From positions 1 to 32,555 of the forward strand of contig NZBV01000022.1 in assembly GCA_002686355.1 (NCBI GenBank): a stretch of 32,555 bases of DNA. The letters are read 5' to 3'. Positions 24,444-32,237 of the stretch are shown here, piece after piece. Made by a program: the position numbers and the translations under genes. The notes under the pieces are model-generated. The model did not search any database, was not told the DNA's origin, and saw only the letters and a program-made list of their open reading frames with translations. Source of the stretch: Candidatus Pacearchaeota archaeon (GTDB lineage: Archaea; Nanobdellota; Nanobdellia; Pacearchaeales; GW2011-AR1). The number at the start of each line of letters is the position of its first letter. Positions within the stretch are counted from its first letter, which is position 1.

Positions 24444-24652
24444 AAAAATAATGGTAAGTTGAGATTTTTAAATCTTTCTCTTTTGTAATAACTATAGAAT
24501 AGTACTAATCTGATTCAAACAAGCAGGCAAGCCCCCACATTTTTTGTGATGAGCAATACATTCGCAACAAAATCCTTTTCTCTCGCAAGGACAATTACAC
24601 GGACAATTTTTTTAAGTTTTCAGATCTATTAGAGTAATCTTATTTGGGCATT

Positions 24653-26044
24653 TCAAACCAACCTCACTTTACTCCCCTCGCCAACATCCTCAACTGAAAA
24701 ACCTTTCTGTTTAATTTTCTTTCTCAAATTATCTGCTTGTGCCCAGTCTTTTTTCCGTCGGCAATTTTCCCTTTCTTTAACAAGTTTCTTAACATCTGCA
24801 GGAATTTTAATCTTATCCTCTTTATCTAAACCCAAACCAAACACCTTGTCAAATTCCAGGGCCAATCTATATTTTTCAGAATTATTCAACCTATCCTCTC
24901 TTAAAATTTCCCATAGATACGACAGCGCCCTGGGGGTGTTAAGATCATCATTAACAAATTCTGTAAATTGTTTTTTTGCCATCTCCAAATTTCTTTTATT
25001 TGTTTTGCCAGAACCATTCTTCAATTCAGAGAGAATATTCTTTAATCTTTTAAGAGAATTTTTTGCAGCATCTAAGTTTTTTAAATCAAATTCAATTATC
25101 TTTCGATAATGCGTTAGCAAACACAAATATCTAAAGTCCATCGGAGAATAACCTTTTTCTTCTAAGGTTTCTAGACGAACAATCTGCCCTGTTGATTTTG
25201 ACATTTTCTCTTTAAGTTTAAGATTAAGGAAATCATTGTGCAACCAATATTTTACCCATGGTTTTTTTCCAAAAGCTGTTTCTGATTGAGCAATTTCATT
25301 TATGTGGTGTGGATTCATATTATCTATCCCCCCCGTATGAATATCAAATTGTTTTCCAAGATTTTTTATAGCCATTGCAGAACACTCTAAATGCCAGCCG
25401 GGGAAACCAACTCCCCACGGTGAATCCCACTCCTGTTGCCTCTCTCCTGGTTTTTCTGAAAATTTCCATAAAGCAAAATCTGTTTTATTTTTCTTTTCTT
25501 TAACATCAATTCTCTTCCCTTCTTGCAAACCTTCTTTATCCAACATCACAAGTTTGCCATAATCTTTCAACTTAGAAGTATCAAAATAAATCCCATCAGA
25601 TGTCTCATATGTAAACCCCTTTTTCTCAAGAATCTTAAGAAGCCCAATCTGTTCCTTGATATATTCTGTCGCCCAAGCCCACTTGTCAGGCATCATCACA
25701 TTTAATTTTTCAAGATCTTTTTCAAAATCATTAAAATAATAATGAGTTATCTCCTTCGCTGTTTTGCCCTCTTTTTTTACCGCCTTTTCAATCTTATCCT
25801 CACCAGTATCTGCATCAGAAGTCAAATGCCCAACATCAGTCACATTAATTATATGTTTTACTTTATAATCATTAAACAACAAAGTTCTCACTAAAATATC
25901 TTCAAAAATATACCTTCTCATTCCTCCGATATGTTGGTACCAATAAACAGTAGGGCCACAGCCATAAATCCCAACATGACCTTTCTTAATCGGCTTGAAA
26001 ATTCCCTTTTTCCTTGTTAATGTGTTATAAAGTTTTAAGGTCAT
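24653..26044 (-). CDS. cysS: Cysteine--tRNA ligase
   Basis: The 463-aa product has a class I HIGH-type motif (CGPTVYWYQHIGGMRRY), KMSKS (KMSKSTG) and a C-terminal anticodon-binding region. Confidence 0.95.
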   Translation of the reverse strand: MTLKLYNTLTRKKGIFKPIKKGHVGIYGCGPTVYWYQHIGGMRRYIFEDILVRTLLFNDYKVKHIINVTDVGHLTSDADTGEDKIEKAVKKEGKTAKEITHYYFNDFEKDLEKLNVMMPDKWAWATEYIKEQIGLLKILEKKGFTYETSDGIYFDTSKLKDYGKLVMLDKEGLQEGKRIDVKEKKNKTDFALWKFSEKPGERQQEWDSPWGVGFPGWHLECSAMAIKNLGKQFDIHTGGIDNMNPHHINEIAQSETAFGKKPWVKYWLHNDFLNLKLKEKMSKSTGQIVRLETLEEKGYSPMDFRYLCLLTHYRKIIEFDLKNLDAAKNSLKRLKNILSELKNGSGKTNKRNLEMAKKQFTEFVNDDLNTPRALSYLWEILREDRLNNSEKYRLALEFDKVFGLGLDKEDKIKIPADVKKLVKERENCRRKKDWAQADNLRKKIKQKGFSVEDVGEGSKVRLV

Positions 26045-26081
26045 ATTTAATTCAGTAAAAAGAACTTTAAAAAATTAAGTT

Positions 26082-26639
26082 TTATTCACTCTTAATCGTA
26101 ACATAAACATCAATGCTAGAACCATAAAGTTGGGTTCCTTTTTCCATGTTTATTGAGTAAACTATTTTACAGGGAGGAGTTGTTTCAGGGATATCAAATT
26201 TAACAAAAATAGGATCATCCATGATACTTCCTGCAGGAATGACAATGTTGTTCCTTTTTTTGTTAAGGGCAATAAGATCCTCTGCTTTTGCTAATTGTAT
26301 GTTACAATTCGTTTCCTCTGCAGTTATATCATAAGAAAATTTGCCATCTTCATTTCCAACATTCCTAACTGACAGACCAAAACCTCTGTTCTCCTCCCCT
26401 TTTTTTATTTCAACTTCCCTTGTAGGAGGATAAATCACAATTTTTTTATTTTCATTTTCTGAGAATAATTTTTCTATCTCAGATTTTACCGCAGTATCAA
26501 TGCCTTCTATATTTTCAACAGAACTTTTGAAAATTGTTCGAATTAGAATCAGGCCCAAAACTAGAACAGTCATAAGAAGAACTATCGTAACAATTGTTCC
26601 CACACTCATCTCCATTGCTGCATGCTTGTTTTTTGCCAT
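26082..26639 (-). CDS. N-terminally anchored extracellular protein, possibly another class III signal peptide protein
   Basis: The 185-aa product starts MAKNKHAAMEMSVGTIVTIVLLMTVLVLGLILI, a short basic leader followed by a long hydrophobic helix, and continues into a beta-rich domain with 2 Cys. Confidence 0.55.
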   Translation of the reverse strand: MAKNKHAAMEMSVGTIVTIVLLMTVLVLGLILIRTIFKSSVENIEGIDTAVKSEIEKLFSENENKKIVIYPPTREVEIKKGEENRGFGLSVRNVGNEDGKFSYDITAEETNCNIQLAKAEDLIALNKKRNNIVIPAGSIMDDPIFVKFDIPETTPPCKIVYSINMEKGTQLYGSSIDVYVTIKSE

Positions 26640-26640
26640 C

Positions 26641-26937
26641 TTATCGAATTGGAAAATTTCCTAAATTGATTCCTTTTGTCGCGAAATAGTAAGTTATTGC
26701 TATTGACAAAATAAAGAAGATTATGCTTAGGATTATCCCAATCTTGCTTAACCTTTTTGCTTTTTTTGATAATGCATTCTCCTGTTTTCCACATTGGATG
26801 ATACCGATTATCCCAAAGACAATTCCCATAATTGGCTGAAAAAATGCCATAACAATGCTTATTATTCCAAAGACATAACCAATCATTCCAGAATCTTTTT
26901 TTACTCCTTCTCCCCCGCTTTTTTTATCCATATTCAA
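26641..26937 (-). CDS. Small membrane protein (2-3 TM helices)
   Basis: The 98-aa product has the hydrophobic segments IGYVFGIISIVMAFFQPIMGIVFGIIGII and IGIILSIIFFILSIAITYYFA. The stop lies 1 nt before the next gene's start. Confidence 0.6.
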   Translation of the reverse strand: MNMDKKSGGEGVKKDSGMIGYVFGIISIVMAFFQPIMGIVFGIIGIIQCGKQENALSKKAKRLSKIGIILSIIFFILSIAITYYFATKGINLGNFPIR

Positions 26938-27055
26938 ATTAACAAATTTGTTTTTATAAAGTTTTGCAAAATGGGGCCCGAGGTTTGGGGCTTTATTCCG
27001 TTCATCCTGCAGTCCGGACTTGCGTTAGAAACACGAACCAAGGTTTCCATTTAAA

Positions 27056-27127
27056 TGGGGACGCCGGGATTCGAACCCGGGACACCATGATCTTCAGTCA
27101 TGTGCTCTCCCACTGAGCTACGTCCCC
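27056..27127 (-). tRNA. tRNA-Phe (anticodon GAA), with CCA not encoded
   Basis: The reverse complement GGGGACGTAGCTCAGTGGGAGAGCACATGACTGAAGATCATGGTGTCCCGGGTTCGAATCCCGGCGTCCCCA folds as a 7/4/5/5 cloverleaf. The anticodon loop is CTGAAGA and the T-loop is TTCGAAT. Confidence 0.95.
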
Positions 27128-27151
27128 GATGGAGAATAGAATTATGAGAGT

Positions 27152-27159
27152 TTTTTAAA
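27152..27159 (-). promoter_or_regulatory. Candidate TATA box (TTTAAAAA on the minus strand) for tRNA-Phe
   Basis: The element ends 24 nt upstream of the mature tRNA 5' G (27127). Confidence 0.45.
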
Positions 27160-27317
27160 TGTTTAGAATTAATAAACCATATGATTTCCGTCGAGTGCTC
27201 GGGGAGAAATCGCTTCGCAGGAACAGGAAGGGAAGAAATGTGCGAGCGATTTCGCGAGAGAGGCTTATAACCAAGGCGAGTGAGAGCGAGATTTTAGGAA
27301 ACCTAAGCGGTTTCCTT

Positions 27318-27632
27318 CATAAGTCAGGAATAGGCCAGATTCTGTCGAACTTCGTAATCGAACAGTTCGTGTGGACATTCAACTTAGCGTCTCAAAGACT
27401 TGCACCAGTAAGGATGGCCGTTTCATCAAATCCAACAAATCAGGACTCCACGCATGTTTCATTGTTCATTGCTGGCTGTGCCGTTTCTGTTCCAGAGCCA
27501 TGCCTCGCGACATCCAGGTTTTCACTTGGTAACCTTTGATAGTGTCCGGACCTTCCTCAGAATTCGATATTGTTATATCTCAATATCTGCTCAATCAAGA
27601 GCCGAATTCCGAAGTCAACTACCTGACTTACA
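27318..27632 (-). ncRNA. rnpB: RNase P RNA, archaeal type A (ends approximate)
   Basis: The minus strand carries CR-I GAGGAAGGTCCGGAC (27546-27560), GGAACAGAAACGGCACAGCC, GATGAAACGGCC and CR-V ACAGAATCTGGCCTAT. The P1 helix is formed by TAAGTCAGG (27622-27630) and CCTGACTTA (27320-27328). GC content is locally elevated in an AT-rich genome. Confidence 0.85.
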
Positions 27633-27674
27633 AAAATGATTAATATTGAGGGTATTTAAGTCTTACTCTTCAGA

Positions 27675-28456
27675 TTTTGGTGAAACCATTATGAAGTAAG
27701 GCAACCATCTTATTTCAAGTAAAACAAGGTGGCTAAAATGAAAAAGAAATCTGAATTTAAAACTTTTCTGGTTTCAGCCAGAAAACTGATAAATAAATTT
27801 TCGAGATTCAGCGTCGAGGCTAGAAAATTTTAAAATTAAAGTCTGTACTAAATCACTCAACTCTTGCGAAAATTCACAAGAGAACAATGCAAAAATCCTT
27901 GGTGGATTTTTCGCAAAAAACCTATTAATGCATCTGTAATTGACTCCTATGGGTTATCATTATGCAAATATCTGAAATCGCCAAGATAAACGAAAATGTC
28001 GCTGGTATTCAAATGCAAGTATTGCGATTGATGCAGATTTGCTATGCATTCTTTCACAAAAAATAAGGCTGGGACCAAGAAATGATGATGTTGATTTTGG
28101 GACAGTTATGAAGGGGGTAAATGTGAATTTGTCGTTGCTGATAGAAGATATGATCCTAAAAGAATAGAAGATTTGATTTAAGAAATATGCGGGCTTATCA
28201 CATATTCTTAGGAGAAAGTTTTCAGAAATAACTTATGAAAAATTAGGAGTTGGATTAAAATTCGATGAAAAATTTATCATCAGTGAAGCAAGGTTGAAAC
28301 TATGTTTTCAGTCATCAAAAGAAAATACGAAAGTTTTGTTCTGAGCAAATCTTTTGAAACTCAGAAAAAAGAATTGTTGTTTAGAATGATTGTAGATAAT
28401 ATTAATGTTGATAGAAAAATAATCCTATCAACTTTGAGGTTATAGGGTTTCACCAA
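27675..28456 (+). mobile_element. Degraded IS5/IS4-like insertion sequence bounded by 12-bp terminal inverted repeats
   Basis: TTTGGTGAAACC at 27675-27686 and its exact complement GGTTTCACCAAA at 28445-28456. The interior holds only fragmented transposase frames. At about 780 bp it is shorter than intact IS5-type elements. Confidence 0.7.
27938..28444 (+). pseudogene. DDE transposase (IS5/IS4-like) pseudogene, broken by several frameshifts and stops
   Basis: The fragments lie in different frames. They are IDSYGLS (first D), IAIDADLLCILSQKIRLGPRNDDVDFGTVMKG, CEFVVADRRYDPKRIEDLI (second D) and SKVETMFSVIKRKYESFVLSKSFETQKKELLFRMIVDNI (E and the C-terminal signature). The last fragment stops at 28442-28444, directly abutting the right IR. 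Confidence 0.65.
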
Positions 28457-28520
28457 AGTCATTATTCAAAAATTTTAAAAACTCTAGAAACTTTTAATTA
28501 CTAATAAAAAAAAGGTAAGA

Positions 28521-29030
28521 ATGAGTTCTATTAAACAGCGAAGAGTTGCTAAGAAAAACATAAAAAAAGCACAGAAGAAATGGAAGTCAATGTCTTCTCG
28601 TCAGAGAGCTTTGGCTCAGCCACAGGGGCGTGCAAGAAAAAAACCAGGAACAACTGGAAAAGGAAAATTTTATCGAATTATTGTCCGCCCAAAATCAGAA
28701 TTTGTTTCTTTTAGAAACCAGGACATTGGAAAAAAAGGTCATTTACAAAGACTTGCAGGAAGAAGAAGTTCTGGAAGCTGGGCAACTCATTCATGGTTGA
28801 TTGCAAAAACAGATGCAGAAATGAAAAACAAAACTCTAATCGGAAAAACAAAAGATGCAAGGACTCTTTTATCCAAGTTAAGAACAAAACCAAAAAGAAT
28901 TCGCGGAGATATTTTTGAGGCAAAAGATAGAAAGAACATTCCTGAAAGTTCAAAGCCAACTTCTGCAATGAAAAAAGCACAAAGCAAAAATATTCTTAAG
29001 GCGATTGCAGCAAGATGGAAAAAAAGATAA
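28521..29030 (+). CDS. Highly basic hypothetical protein
   Basis: The 169-aa product is very Lys/Arg-rich with a central block GKFYRIIVRPKSEFVSFRNQDIGKKGHLQRLAGRRSSGSWATHSWLIAK. I cannot name a family with confidence. Confidence 0.55.
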   Translation: MSSIKQRRVAKKNIKKAQKKWKSMSSRQRALAQPQGRARKKPGTTGKGKFYRIIVRPKSEFVSFRNQDIGKKGHLQRLAGRRSSGSWATHSWLIAKTDAEMKNKTLIGKTKDARTLLSKLRTKPKRIRGDIFEAKDRKNIPESSKPTSAMKKAQSKNILKAIAARWKKR

Positions 29031-29147
29031 ATCCAAAGGCCCTGATTTTTTCTTTATTAATAGTTTATGTAGCTGCATTTGCAGGAGTTTTGAACTGGAT
29101 GATTGCTTTTTAGAAAACCTTAAAAACAAAATTTTTCTCCAATTGTT

Positions 29148-29696
29148 ATGAAAAAGAAACATTTAATTTCTCCTCCAAAAGCAATTCACCTGGATAATCC
29201 TGTAAGGGGTTTTATTCAAAATCCTCAGAGAATACTAAAAAATTATGTCCAGAAAGGGATGGTTGTTCTTGACATTGGTTGTGGCCCTGGTTGGTTTTCA
29301 TATGGTATGGCTAAATTAGTTGGCCCGAAAGGAAAAGTAATTGCAGCAGACACACAACAGAAAATGCTCGACAAGTTAAAGAATAAGATTAAAGGACTCG
29401 AAGCAGAAAAAATTATCCACACTCATAAATCTGAAAAAAATAAATTTGACCTGAACGAGAAATTTGATTTTATACTTGTATTTTATGTTATGCATGAAGT
29501 GGAAAACAAAAAAGGTTTTATCAAGGGATTAAAACGCCTGATGAAGAAAGATACAAAGGTGTTAGTTACAGAGCCTTTGTTCCATGTTTCAAAAAATGAT
29601 TTTGAAAAAACTTTAGCAATGGCAGAAGAAGCAGGATTTAAAATTCTGTCCAGACCAAAAATTACTCTAAGCAGGGTTGCGCTATTATCCCGTTAA
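29148..29696 (+). CDS. Class I SAM-dependent methyltransferase
   Basis: Motif I is VVLDIGCGPGWF, the post-I acidic residue is in VIAADTQ, and motif IV-like is FDFILVFYVMHE. Confidence 0.85.
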   Translation: MKKKHLISPPKAIHLDNPVRGFIQNPQRILKNYVQKGMVVLDIGCGPGWFSYGMAKLVGPKGKVIAADTQQKMLDKLKNKIKGLEAEKIIHTHKSEKNKFDLNEKFDFILVFYVMHEVENKKGFIKGLKRLMKKDTKVLVTEPLFHVSKNDFEKTLAMAEEAGFKILSRPKITLSRVALLSR

Positions 29697-29723
29697 TTTT
29701 AAAAACAATTTTCTTTTTGTAAA

Positions 29724-30086
29724 ATGATGGATGTTCAAATCTGGCTTTTAATTCTAGTCGCAGTAATGATTGTAATCCTTGCTGTATTGGCAATTTTCAC
29801 AACTCGTAGAAGAAAGAGACCAATAGACTATTGCAGTTTTTTCATAATGGGGGTTATCTGGTTCGCAGTAGGAATACTTTTTAAGAATTATATACTTTTT
29901 ACAGTTGGCTTAATCTTCACAATCGTTGGTTTAGTCCATAAAAAAAACTGGAAAAAGAACAGATTGCGCTGGTCTGATTTAGATAAAAAAGAAAAAAAAT
30001 GGAGGATTATTCTAATGATTGCTCTTGGAGGGATATTACTTATAGGCGCTCTTGCTTTATTCTTGGTTAGTAAAAGAATAATCTGA
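29724..30086 (+). CDS. Small integral membrane protein (about 4 TM helices)
   Basis: The 120-aa product has the hydrophobic segments IWLLILVAVMIVILAVLAIF, FFIMGVIWFAVGILF, ILFTVGLIFTIVGLV and IILMIALGGILLIGALALFLV. Confidence 0.65.
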   Translation: MMDVQIWLLILVAVMIVILAVLAIFTTRRRKRPIDYCSFFIMGVIWFAVGILFKNYILFTVGLIFTIVGLVHKKNWKKNRLRWSDLDKKEKKWRIILMIALGGILLIGALALFLVSKRII

Positions 30087-30968
30087 TTGCTCTGGCTGAA
30101 CATTTCCCTGAGGTGTTGCTTCAGATGTTTCTTGAATTTGTTTTTTGTTTCTCAATTTTTTAAAAATAGAAATCCCCAAAATTATGATTCCTCCCGCAAT
30201 AATAATAATTAAGAGGATAATCATTACTCTTCCAAATAAAGAACTATCTTTCTTTTGTTCTGGTTTTTTAACATTTAGCTCATTTTTTGAGAAAGTTTCA
30301 TTCTCAATGACTCTTGTCTCATTTGTCTCTGTTATATTAGAAGTTGTCTCATTTTTTGAAACACTTTCGGCAATCTCTATAAACTCTGCATTCTCATCCT
30401 CGCATTTTTTCACAATAATTATTGCATTTGTATCAGAGGCAGAAAATAACTCCAGGAGATAGTCTACATCATCTACAGATTCAATCTTTGTCGGGGAAGT
30501 ATTGTCAAGGAGCACTTCTTTGTTCCCAATAAGCCCTTCTATTGTTGCTGTTCCAGGATAAGTTCCTTGTGCAGAAGTTAAAAATAATTTACGGTTGTTT
30601 ATATCAAGAATCTCCAGAAGTTCTGCTTTTCCTGAATCACTACCCACTTTTATTCTAATTAAGTTTGAGGTTAGATTGAGGAGTTCTATAGTATCTGCCC
30701 CGCTTTTCATTTCAACCTCGGTAGAATTGCTTGTGTCTGTTAAGGTAAATTTCACGGTATCTATAAGCAGTTTCACAGAATACTTTTCCAGTGTAGCAAT
30801 CTCATCTGAATAAGTCAAGCCTATCCCTAATCCCTTTATAGAAGTCCTGCCATTAAGACTAATCTCTTTTTGATCTTCTTCAGCTAAACCAACAGAGCAG
30901 TTATATCCTGCAGAAATAAAATTAGTTAATAAAAAAAATATAATTACAAATAACCCTCCTTTTTTCAT
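30057..30968 (-). CDS. Type I membrane surface protein rich in N-glycosylation sequons
   Basis: Signal peptide MKKGGLFVIIFFLLTNFISA, then a beta-rich ectodomain with multiple N-x-S/T sequons (NCS, NST, NLT, NTS, NET, NIT). TM helix VMIILLIIIIAGGIIILGISIF, followed by a polar tail. Confidence 0.75.
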   Translation of the reverse strand: MKKGGLFVIIFFLLTNFISAGYNCSVGLAEEDQKEISLNGRTSIKGLGIGLTYSDEIATLEKYSVKLLIDTVKFTLTDTSNSTEVEMKSGADTIELLNLTSNLIRIKVGSDSGKAELLEILDINNRKLFLTSAQGTYPGTATIEGLIGNKEVLLDNTSPTKIESVDDVDYLLELFSASDTNAIIIVKKCEDENAEFIEIAESVSKNETTSNITETNETRVIENETFSKNELNVKKPEQKKDSSLFGRVMIILLIIIIAGGIIILGISIFKKLRNKKQIQETSEATPQGNVQPEQSDYSFTNQE

Positions 30969-31217
30969 AGGGCGATGAATGATGAGAAGGTTATAAAATT
31001 AACTATAAGAAGTCACCGATAACTTAAGATGCTTTTATCATGTATCTATTCAAGGATTCTTCTTAAAGATCCATTGATAGAGATTTCCCCGATTTTTTCC
31101 GCTATCTCCAATCCTCGTACCTTCTGCATCTTTTACCATATGCTTTTTAAGAATTTGCATATTAAAAAATATAAAGATAAAACAAAAAATTAAAAAATAA
31201 AAACAAAACTTTTTTTA

Positions 31218-31511
31218 TTAGAACCTTTTTTGGTTGAAATCCCTTCGTGGTCTTGGTCTGTCTGTTGAATCCATTGGCTTTGCTTCATTCACTTTCAATG
31301 GTCTGCCTTCTACATCTTTTCCATCCATTTCAGCAATTGCTTTTTTTGCACTTTCATCATCTTTGAAAGTTACAAATCCAAATCCCTTTGAACGACCAGA
31401 ATACTTATCTGAAATCACACTGGCTTCTTCAATCTCTCCAAAAGGTGCGAAAAGTTCCTTTAGATTTTCAAATCCAACACTAAAAGGTAGATTACCTACA
31501 TAAATTTTCAT
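31218..31511 (-). CDS. RRM (RNP-type) RNA-binding protein
   Basis: RNP-2 is KIYVGNL and RNP-1 is KGFGFVTF. The product is 97 aa with a short basic tail, the same architecture as bacterial/cyanobacterial Rbp proteins. Confidence 0.9.
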   Translation of the reverse strand: MKIYVGNLPFSVGFENLKELFAPFGEIEEASVISDKYSGRSKGFGFVTFKDDESAKKAIAEMDGKDVEGRPLKVNEAKPMDSTDRPRPRRDFNQKRF

Positions 31512-31624
31512 ATTCTTTCCTCCTTACATTTCTATCCATTTGTCTACCATCAGAATCAGCTCGAATCTTCTTACTTATCTAACAGCTATCTAATCAAAAT
31601 AATAAGGGTTTTAAAGCTTTGTGT

Positions 31625-31882
31625 TTAAAGCTTACCCCCTTTATTTAACCAATCAACGAGTTCTCTTCCATCCCTTTTAGTCTCCCTAATCTTACGCATT
31701 TGTTCTTCTATTCTTTCTCCTCTCTCCTCTATATAACATCTAATATCCCCATTATTTTCCTTTGGATCTTTAAAATATATTTTTATTTTATTTCCAATAA
31801 CTCTTGCTTCATAAATAACAACCGATTCTCCTGCGCTGGGAGGCACTTTAATTGCTCCATAGGCTTCTATCTTTTTATCCAT
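31625..31882 (-). CDS. Hypothetical protein
   Basis: 85-aa ORF with no recognisable motif. Confidence 0.45.
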   Translation of the reverse strand: MDKKIEAYGAIKVPPSAGESVVIYEARVIGNKIKIYFKDPKENNGDIRCYIEERGERIEEQMRKIRETKRDGRELVDWLNKGGKL

Positions 31883-32237
31883 AACTCTGATTACAGTTAC
31901 TTGTTTTTATAGATTATTATCCCCCGAAATATACAATAGAAACTTGAATGTTTATCCCCTGACAACTTAACCACCCATAACATCCTTCATTTTACTTAAT
32001 CATTTCTTCCAGTTAGATTAATACAAAAAGATATAGTCAATAAATATTTTTGTTTAAAAAGAAAAATAAACAAAATAAGCAATAGAACAATCCCTTAATC
32101 TTAATTTTCTCAACACTAACGATCAACTCTCAAAACTTTTTCTCATCTTAACAATTTTTTTCAGTGAAAAACTTGACAAAGTTAGTTTTGAGCGAATCAA
32201 TCACGCGAAGTACCAAATTAAAATCCCTTTAAATTCT

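Noticed and set aside
24547-24553. C-box-like GTGATGA on the plus strand, suggesting a C/D-box sRNA
   Set aside because: No CTGA D box lies at an appropriate distance downstream on that strand, and there is no terminal stem.
26975-27050. Possible second tRNA or tRNA half next to tRNA-Phe (starts GGGGCCC)
   Set aside because: It has no T-loop (TTCRANY) with flanking complementary stems and no matching 3' acceptor strand on the same strand. I could not draw a cloverleaf on either strand. It is kept only as an unassigned structured segment.
27190-27317. SRP (7S) RNA or 5S rRNA
   Set aside because: CAGGAAGGGAAGAA superficially resembles the SRP helix-8 GGAA region, but the flanks cannot pair as helix 8. 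No 5S loop motifs (CCGAAC, GGGAGUAC-like) are present, and the segment is too short for SRP RNA.
27159-27539. 126-aa plus-strand ORF
   Set aside because: Its 3' two-thirds is antisense to RNase P RNA, where the conserved CR-I/CR-V motifs and the P1 helix lie on the minus strand. The rest lies in a GC-rich structured segment. The translation has no protein-like features.
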